Origin: Octopus bimaculoides
Lineage: Eukaryota
Length of the DNA: 64,000 nucleotides
Reading direction: 5' to 3'
Assembly (NCBI RefSeq): GCF_001194135.2
Contig: NC_068998.1
Span: forward strand, 16,912,661-16,976,660
How positions within the stretch are numbered: the first letter of the stretch is position 1; each line of letters opens with the position of its first letter. The notes beneath the pieces are model-generated. The model saw only the letters and a list, made by a program, of their open reading frames with translations, was not told the origin of the DNA and did not search any database. A program made the translations under genes and the position numbers. Below, one piece after another: positions 22,301 through 35,200 of the stretch.

Positions 22301-23090
22301 TAATGCATTTATTTTGCTCCACTTGTTTTCAAAAGCATACAGCTAGATGACATCATTTTCTGCTCAATGATTTGATGGATGGGTGTGGAATGTAAACACT
22401 TACAGATACATGTATATTCATACATACACATGGATTTCCATCTGTTTCCACTCACATGACACTAGTAAGGCTACAGTAGGAGACACCTGTTCAAGATGCA
22501 CTGGAGAATATGTAGAATATCCTATTTATGCATTAAAAAAAAAAAATTTATATACAGTAGCACATTTCTATGCACTTCATCTCAGTCAGATCAAATTACT
22601 TCTGCCCAAATCTTTGTCATCAGTTCCCCTCATGCAAACGAACACAGTTGTCTTCTCTTGTATGCAACAATCATTTTTATCAGCATACTTGCAATTGAGC
22701 CTTTTTTGTACGTTGTCCATTCAATGGATTATGCTCAGATTAGTAGCTTCTAGGGTTCTGTGGTATATATCATCTTCATCACCATTTGATGTCAGTTTTC
22801 CATGTTGCTATGGATATCAGTTCTTTGCTATCATTTTTCTTTATTCTGATTCAAATGTTTAAGTTTTGTATTCATTAACAAGGAAGAGCAAATGTTATTG
22901 GTGAATAAAAGTGATTTTATGTTTACCTTGGTTTTAACTAAAACCAGTTTTGGACAGTTCCACACCTCCCCTTTTAACTGCAATATTTATTTCTTTTGTA
23001 GGTTTAATGCCCTTTATGTTTAAAGACCGGCGCTATGTGGAAGATCCTAAACTCTTTGATCCACTTCGACCGAAGAAGTACGACTCTTAG
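16201..23090 (+). CDS. MRPS18C: Mitochondrial small ribosomal subunit protein bS18m (MRPS18C-like), 5 coding exons, 191 aa
   Basis: Exons 16201-16303, 18085-18257, 20620-20703, 21753-21879 and 23002-23090 are all GT-AG and phase-consistent (576 nt, ends TAG). MPNPY...CILC...LDYK-NVQLLSQFVSPFTG...ITGLC...GLMP...KD...DPK matches human MRPS18C as recalled (MENPY, CILC, DYKNVQLLSQFVSPFTG). Arg/Ser/Leu-rich N-terminus resembles a mitochondrial presequence. Confidence 0.93.
16441..16514. repeat. 37-bp tandem duplication
   Basis: ttatataattaataatttcttagcccataaatt(g/a)atc twice, one mismatch. Confidence 0.9.
18085..18257 (+). CDS. MRPS18C: MRPS18C-like exon 2
   Basis: Strong polypyrimidine tract ending ttctttcag|, donor GAG|GTGAGT, 173 nt; within ORF 17982-18287. 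Confidence 0.85.
19315..19704 (+). mobile_element. Near full-length copy of the most abundant tRNA-headed SINE family (family A)
   Basis: Head ggagtggctgtgtg..ggttcattcccactgcgtggcacc, internal TA/TG tract, tail ..aaatgactgaaacaag. Related copies at ~536-700(-), 7911-8287(-), 18840-19025(-), 20920-21060(+), 21212-21528(+), 29540-29690(-), 39000-39270(-), 44900-45070(+), 46355-46710(-), 52820-52955(+), 54815-55000(+). Confidence 0.85.
19986..20206 (-). mobile_element. Mariner internal-deletion derivative inserted at TA within a SINE
   Basis: TIRs TATGAGGAGGTACTGAGTAGTTCCTGGCTTT vs reverse complement of AAGGCCAGGAACTTTTCAGCACCCACTGATA; minus strand reads NKCMNLRGEYVE*, like a mariner transposase C-terminus. 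Confidence 0.8.
20620..20703 (+). CDS. MRPS18C: MRPS18C-like exon 3 (PVSTMPNPYAKPYKRCILCQHDVKLDYK)
   Basis: Acceptor ttttttag|, donor AAG|GTAAGA, 84 nt; CxxC motif. Confidence 0.93.
21212..21528 (+). mobile_element. SINE family A copy, 3'-truncated
   Basis: Close similarity by eye to 19315-19630. Confidence 0.85.
21753..21879 (+). CDS. MRPS18C: MRPS18C-like exon 4 (NVQLLSQFVSPFTGQLLNRSITGLCIPMQKKVSRLVKTSRKLG)
   Basis: Acceptor attttcag|, donor G|GTAAGT; ribosomal S18 core. Confidence 0.95.
23002..23090 (+). CDS. MRPS18C: MRPS18C-like terminal exon (GLMPFMFKDRRYVEDPKLFDPLRPKKYDS*)
   Basis: Acceptor ttcttttgtag|, stop TAG at 23088-23090. Confidence 0.92.
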
Positions 23091-23107
23091 TAAGAATTTC
23101 TTAATGT

Positions 23108-23122
23108 AATAAATAGAATAAA
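23108..23122 (+). terminator. Tandem AATAAA polyadenylation signals of MRPS18C-like gene (very short 3' UTR)
   Basis: AATAAA at 23108 and 23117, 18-27 nt after the stop codon. Confidence 0.6.
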
Positions 23123-26100
23123 GTTATTGGCTTTTCTTTGCAAAAATATTTGAACTTGTAATCTTATTTATGTTGTAAAATATTGACAAGTAAAAAAAAA
23201 AAAAAATTCCTTTTGTTTTGCTCTACTTCACCTCTGAAATAGATGTCAATTCTACTGCCTAAAACTCTTACAAAATTAGTAATCAGGATTTAAGCCTTAA
23301 GTTTCTAGACTGCACAAAGACCAGACAATGCTATTCATATGAAATATTCACTTAAACATTTTTCTTTTTAGAAACCCATGCTAAGTTGAAAATATATATT
23401 CTTTGCTTTAGCAAAATATACAACTATATTGAATTTTGTGGGTTGAATCTGGAGAGCATAACTGTCAGGAGACCAACTTGAGCAGATATTGTCAAGGCTT
23501 ATTAGTTTGGCTCCTAATTTACAGTTGAGATGCTTATTTTTTAAAAATCTAGTAATTTGTGTTATATAGCTTTCTGTTATGAAACTGTCTAGATTAGTTT
23601 AGGCTATTACAAAAGATAAAGGAATAGGGGGAAAAAAAATTGCTTTGAAAGTAGATAAGTTCCAATTTAACAAGCAAATCTCTGAAAATGTCTTGTGACA
23701 GTTAGCTGAAATAAAAATTAATTATACAAATTAAAGTACTGATTATTCCATTATAGAATATTTTATTTTACCAAAATATATTTAGGCAACCTGCAGTTAA
23801 GATACAGTGTGTGTAAATAGATATACACATTGTTTTTAAAGTGTGAGAAAAGATTTAAAGCAAAAATAACGAGGCATAAAAGTGTGATGAAACCAATCAA
23901 ATTTATTATTCCATGTTGCCCTTTCAATGTCTGAAAACTTGCTAAAGAATAATACAATTGCAAAAGCAAGTATTTTTTTTTTTAAGGTCAGTTGATAATT
24001 TGAAGAAAAAAAATAGAGAGAAAATATATTAAATAAGTGCTTGCAAAGAAATTTTTAAAATAAAATAACAAGCACTTCGCAGAAGCTTCTATCTGTGATT
24101 AAAAGATACGACTTAAATAAACTCAAATTTAAATTCTAAAACAAGGGTGACAAACCTATATTTCTCTGCAATTTGTTGTGACTACTTGGAATATAATTAA
24201 GATTTAAATTTTTTGAAATGCAGTTATACTTAAAAAATAAAAAAAAAAAATGAAATTGTATAAAAAAAATAACAAACCATTGCCCCCTTTCTGTTCTAAC
24301 TTGATGATACATTTACACAAGGTTAACAACCTATTTGGAATAGGATGAGGAGCTGGCTTTTTAAATAATGATTTAACTAAGCTGCAGAAGGGAGAATGCA
24401 AGCATAATTAACACTTAAATTAAAAAATTTTTTTTTAGGGAAGAAAACTAATCAACTTTCCATTAGCTGTTCCAATATTAACTTTGTGGTCAGGTTATAT
24501 ATATAATAAAATTCTACATGTAACAACAATCTTAATAAATATGAAATATAAAATATTTAGTAGTGACTTTTCAGGGGTTTTTTTTTTGTTCCTTTAAAGT
24601 TGTTATAATTAACTTTGTATATAATAATTAGTCCTTAGATCACCATAAGCAGAGTTAATTTGATTTATTCAGTTGGGGCGAGAAAAAATAAAAATAAAAA
24701 GAGCAATAGAGATCATTCAAACACAACATTCACACAAAATGGTGATTAAGGACACAAACAGAATTTTTAACTAAACGTTCTGAATCAAACCCGTCTCAAA
24801 TGAAACCATCTGGGATGAATTCTTTACACAAATTCCTTCAGTTTCACTGCCATCTCTGTAGAGCCAAATGAAACCTGGCTGGATGAATTCTTTCAGTTTT
24901 TCTGTCTTTCCCTCTCCCCCCATAATCTCAGCTAAGTGTACAAACTTCTGCATTCTTAATTTGTTTCCAAGTTTTGGGACAAAAAGAAACCCCACACCCC
25001 ACAAAAACCACCAACCCAAATTCACATTCTGGCTTAACTTACACCATTATGGTTATATATTATTAATTAGCATGTAATTAAATGTTAGTTATTAAAAATA
25101 AAAAAAAAAAACAGTACAAGTGTGTAGGCCAAATTTTTGAAAATTGTATAAATACAAATCAATAATTAACAGTAAAACAAGAACTGACTCTTATTTCATG
25201 ATCTCGGTAGTTGTGAACCAGCTATACTAAACAATGTTTAGTCATAAAACTAGTTAACCCCTGCATTAATTAAAAAAAAAAAAAAGAATCTAATGAAATT
25301 TCTGCACTTTGTTAAAAATAACAGTAATCTTTTAGATTATGCTATCAATTAGAATTAATATTTTAACTTATGAAAATAACTAATTAATAAACCAGATTAA
25401 GAATGCATGCTTTGAAAAATTTGATAATTTCATTGACTAAATCAGTTTACTGATTGAAAACATATAGCCATGAAATGTCCAAATAACTAATTAATCCATA
25501 GGAGTATGCATTTTCTTGCAGCTCTCTCTTATATAAAATTTAATCAAACAGATTTCTTTTTAAAGAAACTGATTTTTAGATATTTCTAACAGGAATAAAT
25601 AAGCAATGATTATGTTTGTAGTTTGAAATTTATGAAATCTATTTTACTATTTTTGTACAAAATATACAATGCTTGAAAATAAGCCAAGTGTTTCTTGGAA
25701 ATCTTATGAAATAGCACTAAAATCTGATTGAAATCCAAGGTAATTTTTTTTCTTTTTTTTTAAATTTTAGTTTTTCCAAGTTGTATAACAACTTATTGGA
25801 AAAGATGTACAGCTGACAGAAAAATATGTGTATAGTGCTCCATAATGAAACAGCCTTGTTGTGTTTGTGCTGAATAAAATGAATCAAGTGTTGAAAATGG
25901 TATAAAGTATGATCATAGCAGTGCAGAAATATCTGTATCCACACCAACAATAATCTGTGTTATTTAAATAACAGAAAATATTCAGAAGATGAGAGGACTT
26001 ACTCAACACAAACCTTCTCTTTGGGACAATATGTGAGCTGTGTGTGTGTATGTATGTGTTTTATAATAAACATTAAAATGTTGATAAGCCAGCCTTAGCA

Positions 26101-27592
26101 AACCAATGAAAGAGATATCCTTGAAATTAGTTATTAGTAGATATCAAAACTAGGTAGAAGGAGTACAGAAGGTAAGCCAGTTTACCTAGCTGCACAATAG
26201 ACAAAACAGCAAGTTAAAAAAATAACTCGGCCATGTGATCGGTTATATTCTTTATCAAAAGAAATATTAGAGGGGAGAGAAGGTGGAGGAAATCCCGACA
26301 AGATTAAAGAGAAGGGTACTTTTTTTGTTTTTTTTTTGTCCTTTTTATTGTTTTATGAAAGTTAATATAGGAATAAATTCTAAAATATTTTGATAGAAAT
26401 TTTTAAGTTGAAGAGAAATTAGAAATGAAATGGTAGCCTGGACAAAATTATGTTGATTGAAATAAGTTTATTTCAATTTTTAAACACTTTCATTATATAA
26501 ACATGCATCCTCTGCCTCAAGTAGCGAGACAGCAGAATGGAAAAGGGAAGGAAAAGCAATGAGGATTTAAAAAAAAAAAAAATATAAATAAAATAAAATA
26601 TTCCCCCTAAATACACTCTTTCAGGTCTTGGAAGCAGTGATAGTCATGTGTGTACTTCATTGTAGCAGATCCAAGCACTTGTGCTCACATATTTACATAA
26701 TTATTGCAGTGAATTATACATGTTTATTATAGATGGTTTGATATATTAGAGCTATGGAAAAGACTGGTTAGGATAGGTAGGGATATGGAGAGAAAAGGGG
26801 AAGCAGAAGAGAAAAAAAAATTCAAGAAAGATTCTGAAATGATCAAGACCTAGACAAAGTTTATTTAATACATTTTCTAAATTTTTTTTGCCCCCAATAT
26901 GTTTTTTTTTAACTGGAAAGAAGAGTGAGAATAGCAGATAATGCCAACTCATTTATGCTCCTGTGTGTGAGTGTGCATTTACACTCAGCTGCTTATGTAA
27001 ATACACATATTTGTGCAGTGATATTCTTATCAGGAACATATAATTAAGAATGTCTGCAAGAGTGTAAAAGCACACATGATCACTAGAAATTAATCTCTTT
27101 TTAAATTTTTTTTTTATTTCTTTTACCTTAAATTTGGATTTCAAGTTAGCACAAGTGGGAGTTTTGGAGAGGAGAAACAGTCACAGAAATTCAATTATTC
27201 AAAAAGACATCAAAATCTGAGTCAGGTCTGACAGAACTACACCTCAAACCAGTCGTAGCCGATTAGAAGCGTGGATTTTGTTTATTCCTGTTAACATGGC
27301 TTGGGCCATATCAATGGCAAAACAATACAAATATCACAGGCCAACTTTACAAAAGCTCACAGCAAGTCTAAAAGATTCTGGTGTCAGTTCAAGTAATCTA
27401 TGTACAATCCGTTGTCCATCTTTATATTGCCTTTGCTGCTTAAAAAGGCCTTATTTTTTTTTTTTTTCAAATGTTTCCTCATGAATCGCTACAAAGTTTT
27501 CTAGCAAAGCAAGAACGTCTTCCAGGAAATAAATAAAGACCACAAAACTGTATTCTGAATAGTTATGCCAAGAATTTTTTTTTTTTTATATG

Positions 27593-28424
27593 TTAGTGTG
27601 GTGGAGGCTCTCTATCAGAAGCTTTTGTAGCTTCTAAATGCTTGAGCATATACCTCTTAGCTGAACTTGTACTGACAAGAGGTTCTCTCAAACCAGTTGA
27701 TCTGGACTGAGCCTGAGATGTGGCGCTCCCCCCAACCATATTACCCACCCCTTGTCCCCCTGTATTTAACCCTCGCCCAATGTTGCTCCCCTGACCAGAA
27801 AGCAATACTAAATTGGCTTGTGTAAGTGAAGAACTCTGAGAAGTTGCAGAGATCGGACTTGTCCCTGATGCACTACGGGAAGCAGAATTAGAAGAAGCTG
27901 ACATCTGTTTGATCACTGTGATATTTTGAGTACCACCACCTGCAATATTGCTGCTTCCACAACTGGCCCCACTACTAGTAGCCCCACTGCTGCTGCAGCT
28001 ACCAGCACTTCCATTTCCTCCACTACTACAATTCGAGTTGCCACTGCTACCACTACCTTTCGGTTGATTGTGCAGGGAACTCTCTAGTGGTCTTTGACGG
28101 GTAGCTTTACTTTTCACTGTGGATTTCTGCAGACTAGTATCGTTGCTGCTACTACTGCTGCTGCTGCTCTCACCACTAACAGTACCGCCACTGGAATTGT
28201 CATTGCCACTCCTGCCGCCACTGCTACTGCCACTTCCACCCCCAATATTAGGTGCCTTTTCTTGAGGGTTCACCCCACTGCCAATCTCCAATTGTATCAT
28301 TTTTTCTAAGAATAATGGTTGTAGCTCGTCATCTAATGTTGATAGGAGAACTTCTTGAACGAACAAACTATGGTCCATTTCTAAAATGCTCTGATCTCCT
28401 TCTGACAATGCAAACTCCATACAT
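27593..28424 (-). CDS. KCMF1: KCMF1-like terminal coding exon with long Ser/Gly-rich low-complexity region
   Basis: Acceptor ttatctgcag|A TGT ATG; ORF 27593-28420; SLFVQEVLLSTL and REPPPH*. Confidence 0.93.
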
Positions 28425-31400
28425 CTGCAGATAAATTGGAGAAAAAAAAAAGAGAGAAAAAAGAAAACAGAAAAAAAATGTAATTACTAAATATTCACTT
28501 TGTCAAGTACAATAAAACAAATATTGCTAAAAAATCAAAATGCAACAAATCACTGGATTTGAAATAAATTTTAAGTCACATACATCAAAGTGATTATTGA
28601 GTTAAGGTAAGTAATGAGTTAAATTATAAATCTACCAAAGATATAGGAACTCATAATATTGTGAATGGAGTTATGACGGCCTTATAAGCCACATAGTTGA
28701 TTCCTACTACCTCCCATCTATCTAGTGCTTTTATGTTGCAATACTGGACCTCGTGAAGGTTGGAGAGAGAAACAGAGACAGGAATTCAATGATTTTCATC
28801 AGTATAGCAATTTAGGGTTTGGAGTTATGTTTTATTCATAGTAAAATGCCTTCAAAGGGTTAAACAGATATTCATAATGAACAATTCTGATATAAAACAT
28901 CATCTATAAATACTATGATGCTTCTCATCTCTTGTGGCATGTTTGTTGAATTAAAAAACAAATTGATGGCTTAATCAGAGAATTAGGGCAGCACCTAATA
29001 TTTGCATGGCCTTTGAGACTGGCAGTGGAAGGCAAAGAAGGAACTATAATAGTTCCTGTATTGCAGCGAGGGGCAAAGCATCAAGATATTGAGTTATATT
29101 CTACCTGAAGAGCTGATCAAAATGAAGATCATTTAATGTACCCAAGGGCCAGATGGTGGTGTTAAACTAAAGTAATGAATTAGTTCTACCTGAGTGTTGG
29201 GGCTCACCGAGGCAAAGTGTCTGATGCCAATGGCACGTGAAGAGCTCCTTTTGAGTGTTGGACTTTATGGGAGGCAATGACAGACCTTTGGCATTATGTT
29301 GTGCTTGAGAAGACCCATCAAACCAAGTAAAATTGTAGTTGTAACAGAAACTGGTGTCATGCAAATGGCACGTAAACGCACCTCTTACGCTCTCAGAGTG
29401 GTTGGTGTCTGGAAGGGCATCCAACCATAGAAACCATGCCAAATCGGACTCTAGTGCAGCCCTCCAACTGGTCAAACAGCCCAACTCATGCCAGCATGGA
29501 CAATGGACACTAAATGATGATGATGTGATAAGAATAGGTACAGTTTGATGGGCTTTCATAGTTTCCATCTATCCAATTTCACTCATAGGTTTGGACTGAT
29601 CCAAGGCTATCGGTCATAAAAGATACTGGGTATGACTCCACTGCATGGGATTGAACCCAGAACCAAGTGATTGTGAAATGAACTTAACCTAACAGTATTT
29701 AGGTGACAAGTTTTAGTTAGTAAATAATGTTTGCTGCAGAACATTAGGTTTGCTAATTAATGCTCAGCACAATGAAGTTGGGATGCTTAAAGTATTTTGA
29801 ATTGTAAAGCAATGTTAGTATGAACCAGCATATCATTGAATAAATAAATAAAATATGAAAAAGAAAAAACACAAAGGAGCATGGAAGCGTCATTCAAAAA
29901 AGTTGTTGCATGAGGAATATAAGTGGACTAATGAGAGTGAAGAAGCAATTAAGATTCAGTAAGGTGAGTAAACAAAAGCAAGAAATGAATCATGTTATTT
30001 ACTTTTTTGGTTAATCAGGTCATTTATAAAGATGCCCTCCCCACAATGCCTGGCATACCAGTATTACTGAAGGGCAAATGAGATGCACAGGAAAGAAACA
30101 AAATACAAAAGCCTCAAACAGATGAACCAAGTTTTGAAAGTAGTTATATAAGTATTAGCAAAGTGGATAAAATGGGTGTTCTGGTTTATACTAGGATGAT
30201 GTGAAATGAAATGTTTCATATTATGAGACAACTGCCAGGAAAGATTAAACCACACATGAAAATAAAAACAATGATAGGGTAGGTAGTGAATCAAGTGTAA
30301 AGTATGTCCACCGGGGTTCTGCTCTAAACTTATTTCTTACAGTTCAAGACTGAATATTTATGTTTTATATTCCAGATCTCATTGTAAAAAAAATCTGCTG
30401 AAGAATAGCAGAAAAAGTTCAGAAACTTAAAGGTCAACATGAAAGATTAAGTGGTAGTAATTAGGAGAGGGCACAAGATGGAAGTTGACAATGAATACAC
30501 AAAACATGCTGTAGGGTTTCACACAGAATCAAGGCTTCAGATGTGTTCATTAAATCTAGTTGATAGTTTCTGTTAGGAAGATCTAATTAGTGATAGCAGA
30601 AGTATTTATAAAACAGAAAGAAGTTGAGAGAGCCAGTGTCCAAGCAATGAAGGATTTTTCTCTGCACAAAAAGAAAACTACAAGAAGCAGGTGTAAGGAA
30701 TATGATGGTGGATGATTATGAAGCATATACACAGACAATGAGATCTGTAGAAGCTGAGAAAATTGAAGCAATGATGGTCAGCTGAATATGTAATGCAAAA
30801 GTTAGGAGTGTATGTAAGAGAACTAAGAAAGCAGCTTAAACATTAAAAGTGTCTGCCAAGATGTGACTCTGCAAGCATGGTGAAGTAACATGCACTGATT
30901 GTGGAGATTATGTGCAGCAGAAGTCAAAGACAGTATAGGGAAAAATGTAAATCGCTATGTATATATTTGCAACACTGATAGTATTGTTTTCAATTTGATA
31001 GATTTATTTAAACTTTACAGTATTTGATGTATTTGTTACATAAATAATATTGCTTTTATATGAATAACATCCACCATCATACTCCTTACACCTGCTTCTT
31101 GAATTAAATAATGAAAAATGTAATAAACAAATATGGAATGAAGATACATGTGTAGTCAGCCTCCACAAATAGACAGCTATAACGGCATAAAAATGCAAAA
31201 TTACAACAGAAAGTGGGGATAGACAAAGTCAGGGACAGCACTACTTCACAAATACCTTGAACTACAGTCAACTCCACGAAACACTACCAAAGAGAAGAGC
31301 ATAGCAGGGGAAGGACAGGAAAAATAGAATGCCTAACTCATCAATCAGTAAAAAGTAAGTGATAAATTTATAAGTTAGAGAGATTAATTATAACCCAACA

Positions 31401-32222
31401 AGATATTTTAAAATGTAATGACAAATCATCTTATGTCCATTTTTCTATGCTTGCATGGATTTGACTATATAATAATAAACAAGACTTGACAAACTATTAT
31501 GGTAGATTTGGAAAGAGAAGGGAAACTAAGAATTAAAAAAAGACAAAAGAAAAAGTAAAAACATCCAACCTCAGGAACTAAAAAAAAACAAAAAAAAACT
31601 GACTTTAAACAGGTAGAGTGTAATAGAATATAAGTAATGAGATCGCAAATGTATGTTTGAAATGGTCAAAACCAGCAGCACAATGTGCTCCAGTGCTTCA
31701 AATCTCTTGCTAAGCAGAGCTGATGAAAAGAGATTCTGATTAATTATCTGATACGTTTTGTTTTCTAATTGGAACTGATGTCCAACTAGGGGGTTACATA
31801 CCAAACGATAATAATGGAAAGTAAAAACTGGATATGTACATGCTGCAACTAAAAAAAAAAAAAAGCATGTAAAGGCAGAAGCAATTTTTTAACTGACTGG
31901 GGCAAAACTGAAATCTTCAGAATGAGAACATGTTTAGGTTATAAATACTAAAGGCAATACACCTATAAAATAACCAGTGTAGTCAAGACTAGAATATCAG
32001 TTAATATCATTTGCATGTTTAAAATACATAACTGTCATCTGCCATTTACATTTTCTCGTTGAGTACCATTTTAAAATGGTGAAATATTATATAATAAACC
32101 AGAAATATTTCTGAATGTATCTTCTGGATTCTTATTCTTCTTACCCATGTTATTCTATTATTTCATTTTAGTTAGAGAACTGATGAAATTGAAAATTTGT
32201 TATAAATCAAATTTTCGTTTTC

Positions 32223-32260
<38 letters not shown>

Positions 32261-35200
32261 AGTTTATTAGGTAGATATTTTAAAGAGCAGTGCATTTATT
32301 GCAGTTTACAATCATTTATAATGTATATCGGTATGTGTAAGGACTTTCGAGCGAGATTGTTGCCAGTGCCCCTGGACTGGCTCTTGTGTGGGTGGCACAT
32401 AAAATACACCATTTTGAGCGTGGCCGTTGCCAGTACCGCTTGACTGGGCCTCATGCTGATGGCACGTAAAAGCACCCACTACACTCTCAGAGTGGTTGGT
32501 GTTAGGAAGGGCATCCAGCTGTAGAAGCTCTGCCAAATCAGATTGGAGCCTGGTGTAGCCATCTGGTTTCACCAGTCCTCAGTCAAATCGTCCAACCCAT
32601 GCTAGCATGGAAAGCAGACGTTAAACGATGATGATGATGACTGAGATGAATAATTAGTTAAATTGATCCTAGTTAATACCAAGGACATACTTCAGAAGCC
32701 ATAGGAATGAAAGCAACATGGATCTCACAAAGAACTAAACACAGATGAAACTAATTACTGAAACCTGCTATACTACCATTTCAGCCACTTCACCAACCTC
32801 TGCTCCAATACAATGGATATTGAGCAAATATTATTTGTTCAAAAGCAGAACCGACACCAGAGATATATTTTTACTTAGTTTTTACAAAGATGTGGATAAC
32901 CACCATTATGTTGCTCTCCCTATGCTGATGACACATCCAAATAATTTAGGGGTCAATATATCACGGAAACCTAGAAGTCATGACTATGTTACCTACAATG
33001 CGATATGTGAAAACAATCCAAACTTTTCTACTTAAAATGGAAGTGTTGCTTTTAAAAAACAAACCAAGAAAAACCTCTAAAAGTAATTGACATCAGTTTT
33101 GAATAAACTATGGGATGATTAACAAAGAAAAATGTCTGAAAATATCCAAACCTGGGTAATAAAAATTGTGAATTGCTATTTGAAGTATTGGAGCTAGATG
33201 CACTTGGTGGTTCTGTGGAACTGTTTGGTGTAGTGGTAGTAGTAGTGACAGCTGGGGGCTTGGGAATTTCAGCTTGTCTTCTAGGTAATCGTTCTAATTG
33301 TTGTCTGGAAAAAAAAAAAAAAATGATATTTTAAGATTAAAAAGAAGACAGTGGTTGAGTTTTAAAATTTGTATACAAGCAGAAAATAAAATAAAATTAA
33401 CAAAAACATAATTGAAGCGAAAATAGCAATTATTATTTAACAGCCATTTGACATTTCCTCTTTTTTTTCTCTAAAGAGATAAATAAGAATTCCATCCTTA
33501 TGAACTTATAGCTATTCAAGGAGATTTGAAAATAATTATGAAATTCATTCTTAACTATCAGCTTTACTGTACCAACACAATTTGATTGAATTATTTCAAA
33601 TTTATAAACCAAATTTTTTGTTTAATCTAAAATTATTTTCACTTTTCTGAACTTATATTTAATATCAAAGTCTATAGAATAATTGAAAATCTGGCATTTA
33701 TCATGTTAATTATATTTGTTGCTTTCTAACACTATATCATTCTCTTAGAATCATGCTATTAATAATAAAATCTTGTTATTCTCAAATGAATAAAAAGTGA
33801 AATATTTCTTCTTAGATTGTTTATTGTAATAGGTTTTGATTGCCATAAAATCCAAAGCAAGCAAAATAAAGCAATTTCAAATATTTTAATGACTGTGTTA
33901 ATTATTAAAATAGTAAATTATTTGTAGATGGAAAAAAAAATTCTTAAAAAAACAAACAAAAAACAAAGTGACCCAGAGGAACATAAAATAAAATTTTAAA
34001 AAATATATAAAATTCAATATTTTTAGAGTTATTAAAAATAAATTTTAACTCCCGAAAGCCAAGCAAGCAACAGAAAGAACGAAGAAAACAAAATTTAAAA
34101 GACAATGCAGAAAGAAAAAAAAAAATCAGAGAGGGAAGATGAAACTAAATAGAAAGAAACAACAGATTTGAAATAATGTTCCATTAATGACATTCCAACA
34201 AAAGGCATAAACCCTACATGCCATGTTTAAGGTTTTCATTTGTACTGTTATGATGTGCTTTCCATTAGACACAATAATACATGTTGGTAACTTCATGTAT
34301 TCAACAAATGATTAATTTGGAATTAGTTTAATATTTGAAACATTTTAGACAAAGCACTATGGGATAAAATGAATCAAGAATGCAGGTCCCAGTGTTATTT
34401 CATTTGTTCACACTTATCTAAGGAATATCATCTTTTCATTCCATAAATTAATAATTCTTTTTCATACTATTAAAATATTTCATAACTACAAACAATAGTA
34501 TCTGAAATGTATGTAATACTAGATTGTACTTGAGAAAAGATAGAGACAATAGTTAAAATTTCTTTATAATACTAGTCTAACCTAACACAAATATAGATGC
34601 TATGAATGCCAGCAGTTCATGTTGAGATTAGTAGATCATGCAAACTAGAAATCCAAAATAAGTTGTTAGAAACACAGATCCAATTTAGCAGAAAAAAGCC
34701 AAAACATGCGGCAAAAATTAGCAAGTACATATCCATAAAATTAACATAATACAGTAAAAATACATGCCTTTAAGGAGAAAATTGTTGGGTGTGCGTGCGT
34801 GTTTATATTTGATTGCAAGAAACTTCCCTATTTTAAAGAATTTATTTAACTTTACACTTGTTTTTAGGTTGGATATTAGTTAACATTAGAATAATGAATT
34901 GAAGGAGAATTCCATTAATTTTAATGTAAAACAATTAGCATAAGTGGCACTACTATAATGATTAACAAACTTTTCCCAGAAGAATATAAGCTTCTGAAAT
35001 AAGAATGGTAATCAAAAATACCAAATATTGGCATAAGGATGTTTGTTCTACTCTAAGTCACTTAACTGCATAATTATTGGGAATAAATTACTTGTCTTTA
35101 AATTCACTCTGCATAAGAAAATAGAATAAATAAATGAATAAAAGCAGGCAGTCTTTATACTTAAACTAGTAGTATGCCCAACTTCACTTGTTTATGGAAG

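Noticed and set aside
28094-28434. Plus-strand ORFs antisense to the KCMF1 terminal exon
   Set aside because: Shadow frames of low-complexity coding sequence.
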